NCBI GenBank assembly: GCA_014905635.1 | Contig: JABVCE010000003.1 | Span: 310,001-374,000 of the forward strand | Source of the DNA: Scenedesmus sp. PABB004 | Taxonomy: Eukaryota | Direction: 5' to 3' | DNA: 64,000 nt | Shown: in pieces, positions 58,610-64,000 of the stretch | Position numbering within the stretch: position 1 is the stretch's first letter | Layout of the letters: the number at the start of each line of letters is the position of its first letter | Position numbers and translations under genes: made by a program | Notes under the pieces: generated by a model | The model's database searches: none | Told to the model about the DNA's origin: nothing | What the model saw: the letters and a program-made list of their open reading frames with translations, nothing else

Positions 58610-60807
58610 GGCAGCAGCGGCGGCTCCCCCCCGCGCTCGCCCTGCGCAGCCTGCAGAGACAGCTGCGCGACGCGCGCCTGCTGCCCTGCCACTAGCTGCT
58701 GCAGCATCGCGCCCTGCTGCTGCCGCTCGGCGGCGCTCCTCGGCCGGCTGTGCGCGCCAGGCGCCCCGCCGCCCAGGGGTGCCGGGCCGCCTGCAGGTGC
58801 CGCTAGGCTCAGCTCAGAAGCAGAGGGCTCCTGGCTGAGCAGGGGCGAGCAGCAGGAGGCCTGCCGGCTCACCACTTCCGTGGTGGAGTGCTCCAGGCTG
58901 ACTGCGGGCGAGGAGGCGCCGGGCATGGCGTCGCTGTCCTCCGAGTAGGGACTGCCCGGCAGCGGCAGCTGCCGGCCCAGCGCGTGGGCCAGCTGCTGCC
59001 GCGCCTGCCGCTGCCGGTCCGCCGACTGCGCGGTGCGCTGGCGGTGCTGGCGCAGCGCCACCGCCTCTGCGGTGGCCGCGCACACCTCGAGCTGGTCCAG
59101 CATCACCACCGCCGGCTGCGCCGCGGACGGCGTACGGGGCGAGGCGGCGGCCGGCCAGCCGGGCGCGGGCTCCTGCTGCTCCAGTTGCTGCTGCTGCTGC
59201 TGCTGCTGCTCCACCCGTTGCCCCTGTCGCTGCTGTGCACCAGGCGGCGACGCCGGCGGCAGCCGCGCCAGCACCTCTGCACCGGCAGAGAAGCTTCGCG
59301 CCGCGTGCGGCCCGCTACCGCGGCACGCCAGCGGCGAGGCGGTCTCAGGGTCCGCGGGGCTGCGCCCGCTGCCCGGCGGCGCCGGCGCCGCCGCCGGCGC
59401 GGGGGCGCGCGGCGGGCGCGCGGGGCCGGGCGCGTGCGGGCCGGGGCGCGCGGGCAGCATGATGACGCCGCGCTGGCCAAAGTCCTGGATGAGCAGCCCC
59501 GGGTCGAGGTGGAGGCCCTCAATGATGATGGGCTTGCCGTCACACAGCGTCTGCGCGGCGGGCGGGCGGGCGCGCCGCGCGCCGCGCGGCGTCGCCGCGG
59601 GGGCCCGGCGGCCGCGGGGCGCCCGCGCGCGCCCCGTGCGTGCGCGCGCGCCGCGCCTTGGTGAGGTCGCCGTCCATGCCCTTGCGCACGACGCACGCCT
59701 CGCGCCGGAACTCACCGACCAGCGCCGCGTCGCTCAGCCCCGGCGCGCCCAGAGCGGCTGCGGCGCGAGCGGGCAGTCGCCGCCGGCGCACAGCAGCTGC
59801 GGCGGCGGCGGCGGCGGCGGCGGCGCGCGTGGTGCCTGAGCCGCGCGCCCGCCCCGGCGGCGCGCCCCGGCGCCGCCCGGCTGCGTCGTGGGCGCCGTCC
59901 AGCGGCGGCCGCGCGGTCGGCTCGCCTCGTGGATGACGTCCGTCTGCATCACGTTGGGCACGTTGATGCGCGACGCGAGCTGCTGCGCGATCGTCGACTT
60001 GCCTGCGGCGCCGCCGCGGCGTGGGCGCGCGCCGGCGGGCGCGCGGGCGCGCGGGCGGGCGCGCGGGCGGGCGGGCGCACCGGTCCAGGCGGTGCCGCAG
60101 ATGATGATGGCCAGCGGGCGCCGCGCCGCGAAGAAGGCGGCGACCATGCGGTACGCGTCGATGTGGCTCTCGTCCAGGCCCTTGGCGCGCACGATGCTGA
60201 ACAGAACGCTCTCCAGCTGCGCCTGCGCGCCGCGCGCGCGCGCGCGCCCGTGCGCCCTGCTGGGCCGCGCCGCCGCCGCGCGCCCGGGCGGCGGCGCCGG
60301 CGGCCGTGCCGGCGCCGGCGGCGCGAGCGCGTGCGCGCCGCGCCTGCGTGACGTCTGTGAGGTTGCTGTCCACCAGGTACTTCTTGGTCTCCAGCGCGAT
60401 CTTCACCGCCTGCGCCCGCCCGCGGCGCGCCGCGGGGCGCGCTGCTCGCGCCGCGGGGCGCTGCCCTCGCGGCGGGGCGCTGCCCGCGCGGCGGTCGCGC
60501 GGCGGCGCGCGTGGCCGGCGCCGGCGCGGCGGCCGCGCCTTGATGTATGGGATCTTGGTGACGGTGAGCATGCGGCAGATGAGGAAGCGGGAGAGCACGT
60601 AGTAGTGGTCCAGGTTGGCGCCGAGCCACACCTTGACCTGCGCGCCGCGCTGGCGCGTCGGCTGCTGCGGCGGCGGTGCGCGCTGCGGCTGGCGCGCACG
60701 CAGTGGCCGGCGCGCCGTTCGCGCGCCTTGAAGAAGTCATACTTGGACGTGCCGGTGCGCTTCTTGGGCCGCGCGGGGTCGCGCGGCAGCGGCGGCGGCG
60801 CCTCCAT
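58012..60807 (-). CDS. P-loop NTPase, 2-phosphoglycerate-kinase-related plant family (7 exons)
   Basis: SKYDFFKVKVWLGANLDHYYVLSRFL, IIICGTAWTGKSTIAQQLA (Walker A), KPIIIEGLHLDP, C-terminal LDKLHEYVLQCI; long low-complexity insert in the last exon. Confidence 0.85.
58549..58606 (-). repeat. (CAG)n polyglutamine tract
   Basis: Perfect CTG run on +. Confidence 0.9.
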
Positions 60808-61230
60808 CGCGCCGGCGGCGCTGCTGCTCGCGCGCCGGAGGCGCCGCAGGCGCGGTCACCCGCGGCTCACATGGCCCGGCGCGGGCGGGCGCCGGGGCCG
60901 GCACGGCAAGGGCTGCGGCGGCGGTTCGATGCCCGCCTGGGCGCAGCAGCGGCGCGGCGCGCGGCGTCGCGGGCGCGGGCGCGGCGGGTGGCGGCGGCGC
61001 GGCTGGCGGCGGGTGTGAAGGCCGAGCTGGTCCCGAGCTGGGATCGTGAAGAGCGGGGTGCAGCCACAGGGCCCTGCAGTCAGAGGCCGCGACCCCTGCG
61101 CTCCCTGGAACTGCAGCGCTCCGGCCAGTCCGCACGAGCTGGTCCACGAGCTGGAGATCGCGGTCCGCGCCTAGAGGGCACGCCCGCCTCGCGCGCGCCA
61201 GCGCTCGCGCGACCAGCTCAGCGCGCAGCG

Positions 61231-62250
61231 ATGCCGCAACGAGGAATGGCGCGCCCAGGTGCGGGCGGGGCCTAGCGACTGCGAACGCGCCTCGCCGCGA
61301 CGCGCCGCGCGTGCTCCGCGCGGCGCCGCGGGTCGCGCGGCCCAGCGTCGCGCGCAGCGCACATTGGAGGCCGCGCGGCCGGCTGCACGTGCACCCCAAC
61401 CTGGAAGCCCCGTCGCGCCGCCGCGCGCGACCGCAGGACCGCCAGGCGGCGGCAGCGGGACGCGGCATGCCTGCGGGGCCTCCGCCCGGGCCAGCCCCGC
61501 CCCCGCCCGCCTGCCCGGCGCCTCGAGGCGGCCCGCCGCGCCCCCGGGCGCGACGGCGGGGCGCTGCGGCGCGGCACGGCCGGGCGGCGGGCCGGCGCGG
61601 GCGGCGGCGCGCCAGACGCGCGCGCCCGCTGCCGCGGCGCCCGCGGCGCTCGGCGAGGCGGTGCAGAGCTTCAACGAGCTCTTCCAGCAGCACGACGAGG
61701 GGGGCTGGGACGCCGCGCGCGCGCGGGGCTCGCCGCGGCGGGCGCGCGACGTGGACGTGCACCTCGGCGTCACGTGCCCGACTGAGTACGGGCAGTCGCT
61801 GCGCGTCGTCGGCGCCGGCCCCGCGCTCGGCGACTGGGACGTCGAGCGCGGGCCGCGCCTGGTGTGGCACGAGGGCAACGTCTGGTCGGCGCGCGTGGGG
61901 CTGCCGCCGGGCGCGAGCGTCGAGTTCAAGGTGCGCCGCGCCGCGGCGCCGCGGCCGGGCACCGCGCGCGCGCGCCGCGCCGCCGCCGCCAAACTGCTGC
62001 TGCTGCTGCTGAACCGCCCGCGGCGCGCAGTACGTGCTGATGCACTGCTCGGGCGACGCCGAGTGGGAGCCGGGCAGCAACCGCGCGCTGGAGGTGCCGG
62101 CCTCGGCGGCGGCGCTCGAGGTCGCCGCGGCGTGGGGCGCGACGAGCGAGACGGACGTGCTGGAGCTGCGGCGCAGCAGCAGCGCGGCCGGGGGCAGCGG
62201 CCGCGGCGGCGCCGCCGCCAAGCCCGCGAGGCCGCAGCAGCAGCGCCGTG

Positions 62251-62282
<32 letters not shown>

Positions 62283-63064
62283 GAGGCGTCGCCGGCGCGC
62301 AGCGCGCTCGACGAGCTGCTGGACACGATCGACGAGGACAGCGAGCACCTCGACCAGCAGGCGCTGCTGGAACAGGAGCAGCTGCTGCGCGTGCTGCAGC
62401 AGTGGCAGCGCCTGGAGCAGCGCGAGGCCGCGCGGCGCGGCGGCGCCGCCGACGGCGCCGGCGCCGACGGCGCCACCGCCGACGGCAGCGGCCCGCCGCG
62501 CCGCCGCCGCCGCAGCGCGGGGCGGCGCGGCCGCAGCGGCGCGAGCAGCCCCGCGCGCGCGCGCTGCGCCGCGGACGCCGAGGCCGACGGCGCGGCGGCG
62601 GCGGCGGCGGCCGCCGCCGCGCTGGGCCGGCTGCAGCACGACCAGGACGAGGAGCTCGCCCACATGGCGGCCGAGGCGAGCTACATGCACCAGGCCGCGG
62701 CGGCGGCGGCCAAGGCCGCCGCGGCGGTCGCGGCCAAGGTGCTCGCCTCGGTCGACGACGCGTCCGCGTCCGACGGCGAGGCGGTGACGGTCGAGGAGCT
62801 GGCCGCGGCAGAGGCGGCGGCCGCGGCCGCGGGCGCGGCCGCGGGCGCGGCCGCGGACGCGGCCGCCGTCGTGCGCGCGGGCGCGCGCGCGGGCGCGCTG
62901 CCGGCGCTCGCCGACGCGCAGGAGGCGCTGGTTGCGACGCTGCTCGGCATGCGGGCGGAGCTGACGAGCAACATTGCGAGCGCGACGGCCGCGATGCTGG
63001 AGCTGCAGGAGGAGATGGCCGACGTGCAGCAGGAGGTCGCGCGGCTCACCGCGGAGCGCATCCT

Positions 63065-63099
<35 letters not shown>

Positions 63100-64000
63100 G
63101 CGCGCTGGGCGGCGGCGACGGCCCGGCGTTTGGCGACTCTGGCATCGCCGCCGCGCTCATGGCGGGCCTCGGCGCCGACGCGGTGGGCGACTGGTTCGGC
63201 GAGAGCTCGGGCAGCGACGACGACGATGACGTCGTCGCGCCCGCAGCGTGGCTGGAGCTCGCGCTGGAGGCGCGCGACGACGACGAGGCGGAGGAGGAGG
63301 CCGACGGCGAGCCGGCGCCCGCGCTCTCCAGCCGCCTTGGACAGGCGGCTGCCTCGCTCGCGACGTCCGACCTCACGCCCGCGGCGCTGTCGGGTCTGCA
63401 GTCGGCGGTGCTCAACTGGCGCCAGGAGCTGCTCACGTTCCGGCAGGAGTCGCTGCTGCTTCGCGCCGAGCTCAACGAGCTGCGCGACAGCCTCAGCACG
63501 GTGGAGCACCAGCTGCTCACCAACATGGCCGCGCTGCAGGGCCTCGGTGACATCGACGACGACGACGCCCCGGGAGCCGCCCCCGCCACCGCCGGCGCCG
63601 CACCCGCGCCGCGCGTGCCACGCGCGGCCGCGCGCGCCGCCGCGGCCGCCGAGGCCGCCGAGGCCGGCGGCCGCAGCGCCGCGCGCGGCGCGGACGGCGC
63701 GCCGCCGCCGGCGCGCCGCGAGGCGCCCGGGCCCGAGCGCGGCGCGGCGGCGCCGCCGCCGCCGGCGGCGCTGGCGCCGGCCGCGCCAGCGCGCGCTGCG
63801 TCGCCGGCGTACGAGGAGCTTATGTCCAGCGTGATGTCCCAGCTCTGGACGAGCGTGCCGCCCGAGCAGCTCGAGTCCACACTGGCCGCCGAGCTCGACG
63901 CCGCGGCGGCAAGCGCGCAGGCTCAGGCGCAGGCGCAGGTGCAGGCCGGCGTCGACGCGGAGCTGCTCGTGTCGCGGCTGCTCGGCAGCGGGCACGCGCA
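61231..64000 (+). CDS. CBM20 starch-binding-domain protein with long coiled-coil region, 3'-truncated by window edge; start uncertain
   Basis: VHLGVTCPTEYGQSLRVVGAGPALGDWDVERGPRLVWHEGNVWSA...VEFK|YVL...WEPGSNR; intron 61931-62030; open frame to the window end. Confidence 0.8.

Noticed and set aside
610..62030. Introner-like family of near-identical introns
   Set aside because: Introns share only low-complexity (GCCGC)n texture and CTCAC/CTGAC/CTGAG branch-like motifs. I saw no two introns with extended identity, though this was not tested computationally.
1..64000. Hundreds of long overlapping Arg/Ala/Pro-rich ORFs (e.g. 7322-10393, 47923-50871) as genes or antisense genes
   Set aside because: Stop codons are rare at this GC content. 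These are shadow frames or read-through of introns.
1..64000. Prokaryotic origin, operons, CRISPR arrays or defence systems
   Set aside because: Spliceosomal introns and eukaryote-specific genes throughout; no regularly spaced repeat-spacer array seen.

Overview
Eukaryotic nuclear DNA from an extremely GC-rich, intron-dense green alga. Nuclear accD, TGTAA poly(A) signals and ClpP5 point to Chlorophyceae; the species cannot be fixed from sequence alone. The raw ORF track is mostly noise, so genes were reassembled by manual splicing. About 16 spliced genes are present: CCHC-knuckle/WW protein, CaMKK/GRIK-like kinase with a cNMP domain, ClpP5, importin-4-like, a small orphan, mitochondrial MDH, RPL36, a hypothetical gene, Pol I/III subunit AC19, a SAPS/PP6 regulatory subunit, a 21.5 kb axonemal dynein heavy chain (DNAH10/DHC1 type), a bacterial-like class III aminotransferase, ACCase beta-CT, a secreted Cys-rich metzincin, a 2-PGK-like P-loop NTPase and a truncated CBM20 protein. 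Main observations: (1) about 33 of about 140 hand-counted introns use GC donors (AG|GCGCG), including 5 of 6 in one gene; (2) a whole intron splitting the protease HExxH motif is an inverted copy of part of the neighbouring gene; (3) the kinase appears to start at CUG, giving an MGCAGSK acylation signal; (4) an intronic H/ACA snoRNA has a predictable LSU rRNA target; (5) a structured ~90 bp element occurs twice in intergenic DNA.
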